Positions 20,284 through 29,145 of a stretch of DNA of 64,000 nucleotides are shown one piece after another. Location: positions 448,001 through 512,000 of the forward strand of contig CAVXKA010000002.1 of NCBI GenBank assembly GCA_963762255.1. The letters run 5' to 3'. Numbering within the stretch: the stretch's first letter is position 1; every line of letters begins with the position of its first letter. A program made the translations under genes and the position numbers. The stretch comes from Candidatus Eiseniibacteriota bacterium. GTDB taxonomy: Bacteria; Eisenbacteria; RBG-16-71-46; JABDJR01. The notes beneath the pieces are model-generated. The model had not been told where the DNA came from and did no database searches. It saw only the letters and a program-made list of their open reading frames with translations.

Positions 20284-21328
20284 CCTTGCCTCCGCTGACC
20301 CGCTCCAGTTCCGCGCGGATCACATCGTTGATGCCTTGCCGCACGAGATCGGCGGAGAGCCGGATCCCGTTCATCACCGCCTTGGCGTTGGAGCGGCCGT
20401 GTCCGATGAACACCACGCCGTTCACCCCGAGGAGCGGTGCGCCCCCCACCTCGGTGTAGTCCAGACGGCGCTTGAAGCGGCGCAACGAGGGCTTGAGAAG
20501 GTAGGCGCCCATCTTGGCCAGCAGATGCTCACCGATCTCGCGCCGCACGCCCTGAGCCGCCCAATCCACCACGCTCTCGGTGAACTTGAGGATCACGTTC
20601 CCGGTGAATCCGTCGGTGACCACCACATCGGCCACCCCATTCAAGATGTCACGTCCTTCCACATTTCCCACGAATCGCAGACCGCTCGCGGCCAGGAGCT
20701 GATGAGCCTCCTGAGCGAGCTCGGTCCCTTTGGTCGGCTCCTCGCCGATGTTGAGGAGACCCACCCGAGGCCTCTCGATCTTCAGCGTGAGGCGGGCGTA
20801 GACTTCACCCAGCACGGCGAATTGGAGCAGGTTGACCGGCTTGCAGTCGGCGGTGGCGCCCACGTCGAGGATGACGCTCCAGGGAACATCGCCGCGACTG
20901 GGGATCGGGGCGGCCAGTGCGGGGCGGTTCACCCCGGAAAGGCGCCCCAGATTGAGAAGGGCCGCGGCCACCATGGCCCCGGTGTTGCCGGCCGTGAACA
21001 CGCCCTCGGCGGTGCCGTCCCGCACCAGACGAGTGGCCACGGCCAGCGAAGAGTCGCGCTTCTTGCGGAACGAATCCGCACCGGCTTCGTCCATCGCCAC
21101 CCGCTGCTGCGCGTGGACGATGTCGAGCCCCGATTCCGTGGCGCCCAACCGCTTGAGCTCGGCCCGAATCTCGTCCCCGTCGCCGACGAGGATCGGCCGC
21201 ACGCCCTCTCCGAACTGGCGCACTGCGAGAACGGCGCCCTCCACGATGTTGGCGGGCGCGAAATCGCCGCCCATGGCATCGACGACGATGCGGGGGACGG
21301 CTACGGGGCGCTCAGCGGAAGGACACAT
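20270..21328 (-). CDS. plsX: Phosphate acyltransferase PlsX
   Basis: VDAMGGDFAP, AGNTGA, LDVGA, LLNIGEE, DGFTGN, GAPLLG...HGRS. Confidence 0.95.
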   Translation of the reverse strand: MCPSAERPVAVPRIVVDAMGGDFAPANIVEGAVLAVRQFGEGVRPILVGDGDEIRAELKRLGATESGLDIVHAQQRVAMDEAGADSFRKKRDSSLAVATRLVRDGTAEGVFTAGNTGAMVAAALLNLGRLSGVNRPALAAPIPSRGDVPWSVILDVGATADCKPVNLLQFAVLGEVYARLTLKIERPRVGLLNIGEEPTKGTELAQEAHQLLAASGLRFVGNVEGRDILNGVADVVVTDGFTGNVILKFTESVVDWAAQGVRREIGEHLLAKMGAYLLKPSLRRFKRRLDYTEVGGAPLLGVNGVVFIGHGRSNAKAVMNGIRLSADLVRQGINDVIRAELERVSGGKVATS

Positions 21329-21353
21329 CTGGCCTGAAATCGGCGACTTGGGC

Positions 21354-21536
21354 CTATGCGGTTTCCGGCGTCGTGACTTCTCGCCCCGCGTAATAGCCGC
21401 AGCTGGGGCAAACGCGGTGAGGCCGTTTGGCCTGGCCGCAGTGGGAGCACGAACTCAACGTCACCTTGGTCAGCTTCCAGTGCGTACGCCGCTTGGCCGT
21501 CCGTGTATGGGAATGCCGGCGCTTGGGAAGAGCCAC
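21354..21536 (-). CDS. rpmF: 50S ribosomal protein L32
   Basis: MALPKRRHS...CSHCG...HRVCPSCGYY. Confidence 0.96.
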   Translation of the reverse strand: MALPKRRHSHTRTAKRRTHWKLTKVTLSSCSHCGQAKRPHRVCPSCGYYAGREVTTPETA

Positions 21537-21625
21537 TTCAGAACCTCCTGTGAATCAGAACGGATGATGGATCGAAACCCGAGCGTGCCGGTACTCCGGC
21601 CTCGCGGACAACGTCCGCGGGCCGG

Positions 21626-22144
21626 CTACGATGGTTTGCTCTTCAGACCCTTCAGAGCCCCCCAGCGGGAGTCCCCGCGGGTGGGCGTACACGAACATGG
21701 CCCGACGTTCAGATCCTGGCCGCATACCGGACACAGTCCCTGACACTCGGGTCGGCACACATGAACCACGGGCACCTCAAGGATGATCGCCTCTCGAAGC
21801 GCTGCCGTCAGGTCCAATTCAAGCCCGTCATGATAAAGGACAGACCCCTCCTCTTCCAGCGCCGCTTCATCCAGCAGGTCGTCACTCCCCCGGCAGTCCG
21901 CCAGCACGAGGATCTCGGGCTCCAGGACGACGACGAACTGGGCCAGGCAGCGGGCGCACTCGGCGTCCCCCTCCACCCGGACATCGCCGCGAAAGGTGAT
22001 CTGCTCTCCCCGGCGATCGGCGTCCAGTTCCACGTGGACCGGTCCCCGGGCAGTCAGCCATTCACCCAGGTTGAACCGCTCCGCGGGCACATCCCGCACG
22101 ATGTCCGAGTGCCCCTGCGGGAGGCCGGTCAGGAGGATCTTCAC
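21626..22144 (-). CDS. YceD/DUF177 family protein
   Basis: CARCL, CRPECQGLCPVCGQDLN, DSRWGALK; conserved position upstream of rpmF. Confidence 0.9.
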   Translation of the reverse strand: MKILLTGLPQGHSDIVRDVPAERFNLGEWLTARGPVHVELDADRRGEQITFRGDVRVEGDAECARCLAQFVVVLEPEILVLADCRGSDDLLDEAALEEEGSVLYHDGLELDLTAALREAIILEVPVVHVCRPECQGLCPVCGQDLNVGPCSCTPTRGDSRWGALKGLKSKPS

Positions 22145-22176
22145 GGTCGTACTCTCCAGGTGGCGCCGGGGCCGCC

Positions 22177-22587
22177 CTAGAGACTCTCCTCGGGAAAGAA
22201 GAATGGAATCTCGGTGCGGGCCGACTCCGGAGAGTCGGACCCGTGGACGGAGTTGGCCTGAATGTCGACCGCGAACTCCGCCCGGATCGTGCCGGGGGCG
22301 GCGTTCTTCGGATTGGTGGCCCCCATCAGCTCACGCAGCCGGGGAATCGCGTTGTCCGCCTCGAGGAGCACGGGTACGCACGGACCGGAGGCCATGTAGG
22401 CGACCAGGTCGTCCAGAAACCCCTTCCCCTCATGCACCGCATAGAACCGGCGCGCGCGATCGGGCGTGAGCCTGACCATTTCGAGGCGGCGAATCTTGAA
22501 CCCCGCCGCCTCCACCTTGGCGAGTATCCGGCCCACGAGGTCACGGGCTACCGCGTCGGGCTTCACGATGAGCAACGTCCTGTTCAA
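22177..22587 (-). CDS. ndk: Nucleoside-diphosphate kinase
   Basis: RTLLIVKPDAV, GATNP...PGTIR, NSVHGSDS. Confidence 0.96.
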   Translation of the reverse strand: MNRTLLIVKPDAVARDLVGRILAKVEAAGFKIRRLEMVRLTPDRARRFYAVHEGKGFLDDLVAYMASGPCVPVLLEADNAIPRLRELMGATNPKNAAPGTIRAEFAVDIQANSVHGSDSPESARTEIPFFFPEESL

Positions 22588-22737
22588 ACGACTCCTCCAC
22601 GATGCGCGACTTCGGGCTCGCGTCTCTCGGTTCTCTGTGAACGGGGCCGCCGGCGCCGCCGACGGTGGTTGGCTCGAGCCTTGCTGACGCCGGCGTCCGG
22701 GGCGGACCCCGCACCGACGGCCCCGATCCTTTCGGCG

Positions 22738-23613
22738 CTAGGACCGCCCGAGCGCTCGGGCAACCAGCACCGGAATCTCCGACGGAATCTTGGCCACCGG
22801 CACGCCGGCCTCGCCCAGGGCAGCGACCTTCTCCTGCGCGGTTCCCCCGCCTCCGGAGATGATTGCGCCTGCGTGACCCATGCGTTTGCCGGGCGGCGCA
22901 GTCTGACCGGCGATGAAGCCCACGACGGGCTTCGTCATCGAGCTCTTGATGAAGAGCGCCGCGTCCTGCTCGTCGGTCCCTCCGATTTCACCGATCAACA
23001 CCACGGCCTTCGTTTCAGGATCGGCCTGGAAAAGCCTGAGGCAATCCAGGAAGTTGGTCCCGATGATGGGATCGCCGCCGATCCCGATGCACGTGCTCTG
23101 ACCGATATCCGCCCGGGTCAGGTGATCGACCACCTGATAGGTAAGGGTCCCGCTTCTGGACACAACCCCCACCGGCCCCGGTTTGTGAATGCTCCCGGGC
23201 AGGATACCAACCTTGGACTTGCCGGGCGAGATGAGGCCCGGGCAGTTGGGGCCGATGAGGCGCGACCCCGAGCGCTCCACGTGCGCGTAGAGCTCCACCA
23301 TGTCGTTCACGGGCACGCCCTCGGTGATGCACACCACCAGCTTCACGCCGGCGTTCACGGCCTCGTACACCGCGTCCACCGAATACCCGGCGGGCACGTA
23401 GATGACGGAGGTGTCGCCGCCGGTGGCGGCCCTGGCCTCAGCCACGGAGTCGAAGACGGGCACGCCGTCCAGCGTCTCTCCCCCCTTGCCCGGGGTCACT
23501 CCCGCCACCACCTTGGTTCCGTACTCGATCATGCTCCGGGTGTGGAACGCGCCGTCGCGACCGGTGATCCCCTGGACGATGACCTTCGTTTTCTGATCGA
23601 TGAGGATGCTCAT
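22738..23613 (-). CDS. sucD: Succinyl-CoA synthetase alpha subunit
   Basis: [27 protein letters not shown]. Confidence 0.96.
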   Translation of the reverse strand: MSILIDQKTKVIVQGITGRDGAFHTRSMIEYGTKVVAGVTPGKGGETLDGVPVFDSVAEARAATGGDTSVIYVPAGYSVDAVYEAVNAGVKLVVCITEGVPVNDMVELYAHVERSGSRLIGPNCPGLISPGKSKVGILPGSIHKPGPVGVVSRSGTLTYQVVDHLTRADIGQSTCIGIGGDPIIGTNFLDCLRLFQADPETKAVVLIGEIGGTDEQDAALFIKSSMTKPVVGFIAGQTAPPGKRMGHAGAIISGGGGTAQEKVAALGEAGVPVAKIPSEIPVLVARALGRS

Positions 23614-23622
23614 GATTCCCCC

Positions 23623-24765
23623 CTACCCGCGCGCCGCGCCGGCCGCACGCGCGAGCGCCGTCTTCACCGCCTCGTCCATGGTCGCTGCCGGCTCCAGGCT
23701 CTTCGCCCGGGCCAGGATCTCTCGCGCGAGTTCCTCGTTGGTGCCGGTGAGGCGGACCACCACCGGGACCTTGACCGTGAGGTTGTCGAGCGCGGCGACG
23801 ATTCCCTTGGCCACGTCGTCGCAGCGGGTGATGCCGCCGAAGATATTGAACAGAATCGCCTTCACGTTGGGATCCTCGAGGATGATCCGCATGGCGGTGG
23901 TCACCTTCTCCGGATTCGAACTCCCTCCGATGTCGAGGAAGTTGGCCGGCTCCCCGCCGTAGTGCTTGATGAGGTCCATGGTGGCCATGGCCAGACCGGC
24001 CCCGTTCACCACGCAGCCGATGTTCCCCTCCAGCGGCACGTAGGAAAGCCCCATCTCGCGGGCCGCCTTGGCGTGCTCGCTCTCCCCGTCGCGATAGGCC
24101 TCGATGCGCGGCTGGCGATCCAGCGCGTTGTCATCCACCGACATCTTCGCGTCGAGCGCGATGATCTTTCCGTCCGGGGTCGCGATGAGCGGGTTGATCT
24201 CGACCAGCGTGGCATCGGTGGCCCAAAACGTCTCGACGAGTCGCTCCAGGATGCGCGCGATCTGCAACGCGAGCTTCTTGCGCGGCTCGATGCGGAAGGC
24301 CACGTCCCGGGCCTCGTAGGACCGGAACGAACCGGGGCGATCCAGGTGGTAGCGATGGATCTTTTCCGGCGTCTCGCGGGCCACTTCCTCGATGTCGATG
24401 CCCCCCGCGGCGCTGGCGATGATCGTCGGCTTCTTCGCCGCACGGTCCATGGTCACGCCGAGGTAGTACTCCTTGGCGATTTCCGCCGCCGGCACCACCA
24501 GCACCTTGCGCACGGGAATCCCCTTGATGGTCAGAGCGAGGATGGCCTTGGCCTTCTCCCTCGCCTCCTCGGGGTTCGCCGCAAGCTTCACGCCTCCCGC
24601 CTTGCCCCGTCCCCCCGCATGGACCTGGGCCTTCACCACCACCGTTCCGCCCAGTTCCCGCGCGATGGCAGCGGCCTCGTCGGGCGTGCGCGCTACCTTG
24701 CCGGGCACGATCGGAATGCCGTAGCCGGCGAACACTTCCTTCGCCTGGTACTCGTGTATGTTCAC
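23623..24765 (-). CDS. sucC: Succinyl-CoA synthetase beta subunit
   Basis: NIHEYQAK, KAQVHAGGRGKAGGV, VNGAGLAMATMD, NIFGGITRCD; GTG at 24765. Confidence 0.96.
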   Translation of the reverse strand: MNIHEYQAKEVFAGYGIPIVPGKVARTPDEAAAIARELGGTVVVKAQVHAGGRGKAGGVKLAANPEEAREKAKAILALTIKGIPVRKVLVVPAAEIAKEYYLGVTMDRAAKKPTIIASAAGGIDIEEVARETPEKIHRYHLDRPGSFRSYEARDVAFRIEPRKKLALQIARILERLVETFWATDATLVEINPLIATPDGKIIALDAKMSVDDNALDRQPRIEAYRDGESEHAKAAREMGLSYVPLEGNIGCVVNGAGLAMATMDLIKHYGGEPANFLDIGGSSNPEKVTTAMRIILEDPNVKAILFNIFGGITRCDDVAKGIVAALDNLTVKVPVVVRLTGTNEELAREILARAKSLEPAATMDEAVKTALARAAGAARG

Positions 24766-26129
24766 TTCTTCATCCCCCCCTCGGCGGCGCCGGCCAAGCC
24801 GTGCTTCGCCAGGAACTCGTCCAGAATGTCGCAGAGCTTGGGACTGCCGATTTCTTCCAGCTCGTAGCTCGCCCGCAGCGCGGGCTTGTCGAGCTTCAGC
24901 AGAGTCCCCAGGTCGATCGGCGTGGCCACCAGCACGATGTCGCAGTCCACCGCGTTGATGGTCCGTTCGAGATCCTTCATCTGCGCTTCCCCGTACCCCA
25001 TGGCCGGGAGCAGGGTCCCGATGCCTGGATAGCGGGCAAAGGTCTCCGCGATCTCCCCGGTCACCCATGGCCGGGGATCCACGGTCTCCGCCGCCCCGTA
25101 CTGGCGCGCCGCAATCATCCCCGCGCCGTAGGTCATCTCGCCGTGGGTGAGGGTGGGGCCGTCCTCGACCACCAGGACCCGCTTGCCGCGCAGACGCTCT
25201 CCGTCCGTCACGGTGATGGGTGATGCGGCGGGGATCACCACCGCATGCGGGTTGAGCCGCATCACCGCTTCCCGCACCGCGAGAACGTTGCGGTCATCGG
25301 TGGTGCCCACCTTGTTGATCACGACCACGTCGGCGAGCCGCACGTTTGTCTCGCCGGGGTAGTAGCGCGTTTCATGTCCGGCCCGATGGGGGTCGGCCAC
25401 CACGACGGTCAAATCGGGGCGATAGAACGAAAAATCGTTGTTGCCGCCATCCCAGAGGATCACTTGCGCTTCCTTCTGCGCCTCCTCGAGGATCCGGCCG
25501 TAGTCGACACCCGCATAGACCACCGTCCCGGCGACGATGTGCGGCTCGTACTCCTCCCGCTCCTCGATCGTGCACTCGTGCCGGTCCAGGTCGGCGAGGT
25601 TCGCGAAGCGCTGCACCGCCTGCTTCTCGAGGTCCCCGTAGGGCATGGGATGGCGGATCGCCACCGTGCGCAGGCCGCGCTCCCGCAGGAGATGCGCGAT
25701 CTTGCGGGTCGTCTGGCTCTTCCCAGATCCGGTGCGCACCGCGGTCACCGCGATCACCGGGACCTTCGCCGGGATCATGGTCGCCGCCGTGCCGAGAAGC
25801 GTGAAATCGCAGCCCAGCGCGTTCACCCGCGCCCCCATATGTCCCAGGTAGTCGTAGTTCACGTCGCTGTACGCGAAGATGACTTCGCAGGGACCGTGCT
25901 TGGCCACCAGCTCCTCGAGACGATTCTCGGAGACGATGGGAATGCCCTTCGGATAGAGGGCCCCGGCGAGGCTCGCCGGGTACGTCCGGCTATCGATATG
26001 CGGGATCTGCGTCGCCGTAAAGGCAACCACCTCCAGATCCCGCCGATCTCTCAAAGCCGTATTGAAATTGTGAAAATCCCGGCCGCCCGCGCCCAGGATG
26101 ATGACCTTGCGTCGTTGTCCTTCGCTCAC
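24762..26129 (-). CDS. COG2403 P-loop enzyme (annotated as cyclic 2,3-diphosphoglycerate synthetase-like; probable arginine synthetase ArcE homologue)
   Basis: GAGGRDFHNFN, VAFTATQIP, AVRTGSGKSQT, RHPMPYGDL, TIEEREEYEPH, WDGGNND, VEDGPTLTHG, PAMGYG. Confidence 0.8.
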   Translation of the reverse strand: MSEGQRRKVIILGAGGRDFHNFNTALRDRRDLEVVAFTATQIPHIDSRTYPASLAGALYPKGIPIVSENRLEELVAKHGPCEVIFAYSDVNYDYLGHMGARVNALGCDFTLLGTAATMIPAKVPVIAVTAVRTGSGKSQTTRKIAHLLRERGLRTVAIRHPMPYGDLEKQAVQRFANLADLDRHECTIEEREEYEPHIVAGTVVYAGVDYGRILEEAQKEAQVILWDGGNNDFSFYRPDLTVVVADPHRAGHETRYYPGETNVRLADVVVINKVGTTDDRNVLAVREAVMRLNPHAVVIPAASPITVTDGERLRGKRVLVVEDGPTLTHGEMTYGAGMIAARQYGAAETVDPRPWVTGEIAETFARYPGIGTLLPAMGYGEAQMKDLERTINAVDCDIVLVATPIDLGTLLKLDKPALRASYELEEIGSPKLCDILDEFLAKHGLAGAAEGGMKK

Positions 26130-26235
26130 CACTCCGCACCTCCCCCGCCCGCGGAGACCCACGACAGGTGGGCCCTGACCGGTTGGGCGGTCGTCAAAAA
26201 AAGACAGACCGGCCGCCGGCCAGTCCGAGCGCGTA

Positions 26236-26265
26236 ACCCTAGCAGCACCAAGCGAATACTGTCAA
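26236..26265 (-). promoter_or_regulatory. Sigma-70-type promoter for the COG2403-sucCD-ndk unit
   Basis: TTGACA-N18-TAGGGT, with an extended -10 TG. Confidence 0.55.
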
Positions 26266-26295
26266 CAACGGGCGGAGGGGGGACGGACCCGTAAG

Positions 26296-26766
26296 CTACT
26301 CTCGGCGTAGTTGTTGGCGCAGCGCAGTCGAGGACCGCCCGGGGGTCAGGGAGACGAGTTCCACACGCCCCCCCGCCCGGATGACCGCCTCCGCCCCCAC
26401 CACCTGGTCCGGCCTGTAATCGGCCCCCTTGACCAGCACGTCGGGCGTGAGGCGCTCGATCAGCTCCAGGGGGGTGTCCTGCGGGAAGCTCACCACACAG
26501 TCGACCGCGGCCAGCGCAGCCAGCACCGCCGCGCGATCCTCCTCCGGTACCCATGGCCGCTCGGGCCCCTTCAGGCGCCGCACCGAGGCATCATCGTTGA
26601 GCCCCACGATTAGAAGATCGCCAAAGGCCCTGGCCGAGGCGAGCAAGTCGACGTGGCCGCGGTGCAGGAGATCGAAGCACCCGTTGGTGAAGACCACGAC
26701 GCGGCCAGTGCGGCGCGCCTCTTCCCGGATCCTGAGCGCCTCGTCCCAATCCACGATGCGACCCAT
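26296..26766 (-). CDS. rfaE2: D-glycero-beta-D-manno-heptose 1-phosphate adenylyltransferase (RfaE domain II)
   Basis: VFTNGCFDLLHRGH, GLNDDASVRRLKG, PDVLVKGADY, SST. Confidence 0.93.
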   Translation of the reverse strand: MGRIVDWDEALRIREEARRTGRVVVFTNGCFDLLHRGHVDLLASARAFGDLLIVGLNDDASVRRLKGPERPWVPEEDRAAVLAALAAVDCVVSFPQDTPLELIERLTPDVLVKGADYRPDQVVGAEAVIRAGGRVELVSLTPGRSSTALRQQLRRE

Positions 26767-27773
26767 CAGACGGCACTCGCGCCGAACGAAGCGCGCAACG
26801 CTTCGAGGTCGGGGACGGCGGTGCCGACCTCGGCGACCACCAGGCCGGCCGCGTGGTTGGCGATGAGGGCGGCCTCGCGAGGCTCCGCGCCTCCGGCCAG
26901 CGCCACCGCGTACGCGCTCACCACCGTGTCGCCGGCGCCGGTCACGTCGAAGACCTGGCGCGCCGTCGTCGGGAAGTCCGTGCGGCCCCGGCCTCTCTCG
27001 AAGAGGCTCATGCCTCGCTCGCCCCGGGTAATGAGCACGCAGTCCGCCTCGAGCCGCGCGAGCAAATCCTCCCCGGCGCGGGAAACCGCGGCGTCGTCCC
27101 GCAGCTTGTAACCCAGCACCTCCGCCGCCTCGAGCTGGTTGGGGGTCACCACCGCCACGCCCTTGAAGGAGAGGAAGTGTGCGTCCTTGGGATCCACGCA
27201 GACGGGCACGTTGCGCGCGCGCGCCGCCGGGAGCAGGCGATCCAGGAGCGCGCGGCTGAGAACCCCCTTGCCGTAGTCCGAGACGATCACCGCGGCAGCG
27301 CCCTCCAGCGCCCCGAGCACTCGCTCCGCAACGCGGTCGGCGACCGGCGGGCCCAGCTCCATCCGGCTCTCCCGATCGGCGCGCACGACCTGCTGGTTTC
27401 GAGCCACGATGCGGGTCTTGACCGTGGTCGGCCGCGACGGATCGGCGAAGACCCCCTCGTCCGAGAGCCCGGCAGCGCACAGCTCATCGCGCAGAGTGCG
27501 ACCGTGGGCGTCGTTTCCGGTTACCCCGACCAAGTGCGGGCGCGCACCCAAGGCCCCCACGTTGCGGCAGACATTGGCCGCCCCGCCGAGGCGAACGGTC
27601 TCGCCCTCTACATCCACGACGGGCACCGGGGCTTCCGGAGAGATGCGGGTGACGTTGCCCCAAAGGTAGCGATCCAACATCACGTCGCCGAGGACGAGGA
27701 CCTCGCATCCTTGCCAGGCCGCGATCAAGCGGTCGAGACGGGCCGGATCGAGTCGGGTCCACATGTCGGTCAT
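26766..27773 (-). CDS. rfaE1: D-glycero-beta-D-manno-heptose-7-phosphate kinase (RfaE domain I)
   Basis: GDVMLDRY, RISPEAPVPV, GGAANV, SDYGKG, VDPK, DVTGAGDT; ATG at 27773. Confidence 0.93.
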   Translation of the reverse strand: MTDMWTRLDPARLDRLIAAWQGCEVLVLGDVMLDRYLWGNVTRISPEAPVPVVDVEGETVRLGGAANVCRNVGALGARPHLVGVTGNDAHGRTLRDELCAAGLSDEGVFADPSRPTTVKTRIVARNQQVVRADRESRMELGPPVADRVAERVLGALEGAAAVIVSDYGKGVLSRALLDRLLPAARARNVPVCVDPKDAHFLSFKGVAVVTPNQLEAAEVLGYKLRDDAAVSRAGEDLLARLEADCVLITRGERGMSLFERGRGRTDFPTTARQVFDVTGAGDTVVSAYAVALAGGAEPREAALIANHAAGLVVAEVGTAVPDLEALRASFGASAV

Positions 27774-27877
27774 GGCGGAGTCCTCCCCTCGAAGGCGCGC
27801 GCGCGCCGAGAGCCGTGGAAGTCTAGCAGCTTCCCGCGACGCGCCGCAGCCGGCCGCGGCCCGGGTCGGACGACCGC

Positions 27878-28573
27878 TCATAGTCGCCCATCCTCCTTGA
27901 GGCTCGTGTAACCCGGACCCGCCACGATAACGTGATCGAGCAGCGTGATCCCCAGGATCTCGCCGGCCTCGGCCAATCGTCGCGTGATGCACAGATCGTC
28001 CTCGGAGGGGTCCGTCTCCCCCGAAGGATGGTTGTGGACGACGACGACGCTCGCCGCACCCAGGCGCAATGCGGGTTCGAAGACCTCGCGCGGATGGACG
28101 ATGGATGCGTTGAGGCTCCCCACCGAGATCGTCTCGCGGGCGAGGAGACGGTTACGCGTATTGAGGTAGAGTCCCAGGAAGTGCTCGCGGCGCTGCGTCC
28201 TCAGATCGGCCGTGGCTTCGTAGACTTCCCGCGGCGTGCGCAGGATGGGACGAAGCGCGTCCTTGCCCCCGCCCAGGCGCCGCGCCAGTTCGAGTGCGGC
28301 GGCGAGGCGGGCGGCCTGCCCGGGCGTCACAACGTCCCAGGATGACGCCCCCTGTGCGCCGGGAAGGAGACCGGACCAGCCGACCTCCTCGAGCAGGCGG
28401 CGGGCCGCGTCGCGGGCGGGCCGCCCCGGAGACGGACCTAGAACGACGCTCAGCAGGTCAAGATCGGAGAGCGTCCGAGCACCATCGGCGCGCAGGGACT
28501 GCATCCAACCCGCGGCGCCTCCCTGCAAAGGGCGCCGCTCCCTGACGGCAAGGGCATAGTCGACACCGGACAT
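27878..28573 (-). CDS. radC: RadC/JAB-domain protein
   Basis: LSDLDLL, REHFLGLYLN, GSLNASIVHPREVF, HNHPSG...SEDD, LLDHVIV. Confidence 0.93.
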   Translation of the reverse strand: MSGVDYALAVRERRPLQGGAAGWMQSLRADGARTLSDLDLLSVVLGPSPGRPARDAARRLLEEVGWSGLLPGAQGASSWDVVTPGQAARLAAALELARRLGGGKDALRPILRTPREVYEATADLRTQRREHFLGLYLNTRNRLLARETISVGSLNASIVHPREVFEPALRLGAASVVVVHNHPSGETDPSEDDLCITRRLAEAGEILGITLLDHVIVAGPGYTSLKEDGRL

Positions 28574-28680
28574 GCGGACCTCCGCGGTGCGGACGGGGCC
28601 CGGACGGGGAGGGAACGGAGATTGGGGGAGCGGCGGGCGGCTTGGCGCGGGCGGGGAGGCGAAGGTTGCCCCCGAAGGGG

Positions 28681-28791
28681 CTACTTCCTCCGGCCCTTTC
28701 GCGTCGCCTTCTCCTCGCGGATACGCGCCTTTTGGCGCTCCTTGAGGCGCTTGCGGCGGCGGCGGATCTCACGTTTGCGTTCGGATGCCAT
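28681..28791 (-). CDS. 36-aa highly basic small protein (DUF6800-like)
   Basis: Below the ORF track cutoff. MASERKREIRRRRKRLKERQKARIREEKATRKGRRK*, with a strong RBS AAGGAGGTGA and an upstream TTGCCG-N17-TAGAAT promoter. Confidence 0.75.
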   Translation of the reverse strand: MASERKREIRRRRKRLKERQKARIREEKATRKGRRK

Positions 28792-28886
28792 GCTTCACCT
28801 CCTTCGGGCCGAAACCGGGACCGCGATCTGCGGGACGGGCATCGGGAAACCAGATGAACGGATCATCGATCGGGGGCGGGCGGCCC

Positions 28887-28915
28887 ATTCTAGGGCCTCC
28901 CGGGCGGCTCGGCAA
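28887..28915 (-). promoter_or_regulatory. Sigma-70-type promoter for the small basic protein and radC
   Basis: TTGCCG-N17-TAGAAT. Confidence 0.5.
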
Positions 28916-28976
28916 GAAGCTCCGCAAAGAGGTGATCGCCTCAACCCGACCGCGACACCGAAACCCCTCGGTTTCG

Positions 28977-29005
28977 TTGACGGATTCCGTCGCCTCTGCC
29001 ATACT
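28977..29005 (+). promoter_or_regulatory. Sigma-70-type promoter for the C25 peptidase
   Basis: TTGACG-N17-CATACT, with an extended -10 TG. Confidence 0.5.
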
Positions 29006-29145
29006 ATCAGCACTTTATGATCCTGGCTAACCTATCAGGGTAAAACCCTCCCCGGCTGCACCAGACCTAATGTGCAAGGCCCGCGCGGCGATGCGGTCGC
29101 GTGGCGTGTCGTTCCGTGATCGTTTCAACCGAGGTACTCCATCTC

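Noticed and set aside
22243-24867. 874-aa + strand ORF, and similar long ORFs at 47299-50076, 30964-33948, 1314-3518, 53358-55343 and 56104-58086
   Set aside because: Antisense shadows of well-supported genes; expected from high-GC codon bias and without recognisable motifs.
27878-28573. radC as a marker of a mobile element or defence island
   Set aside because: Full-length chromosomal-type RadC among housekeeping genes, with no mobility genes nearby.
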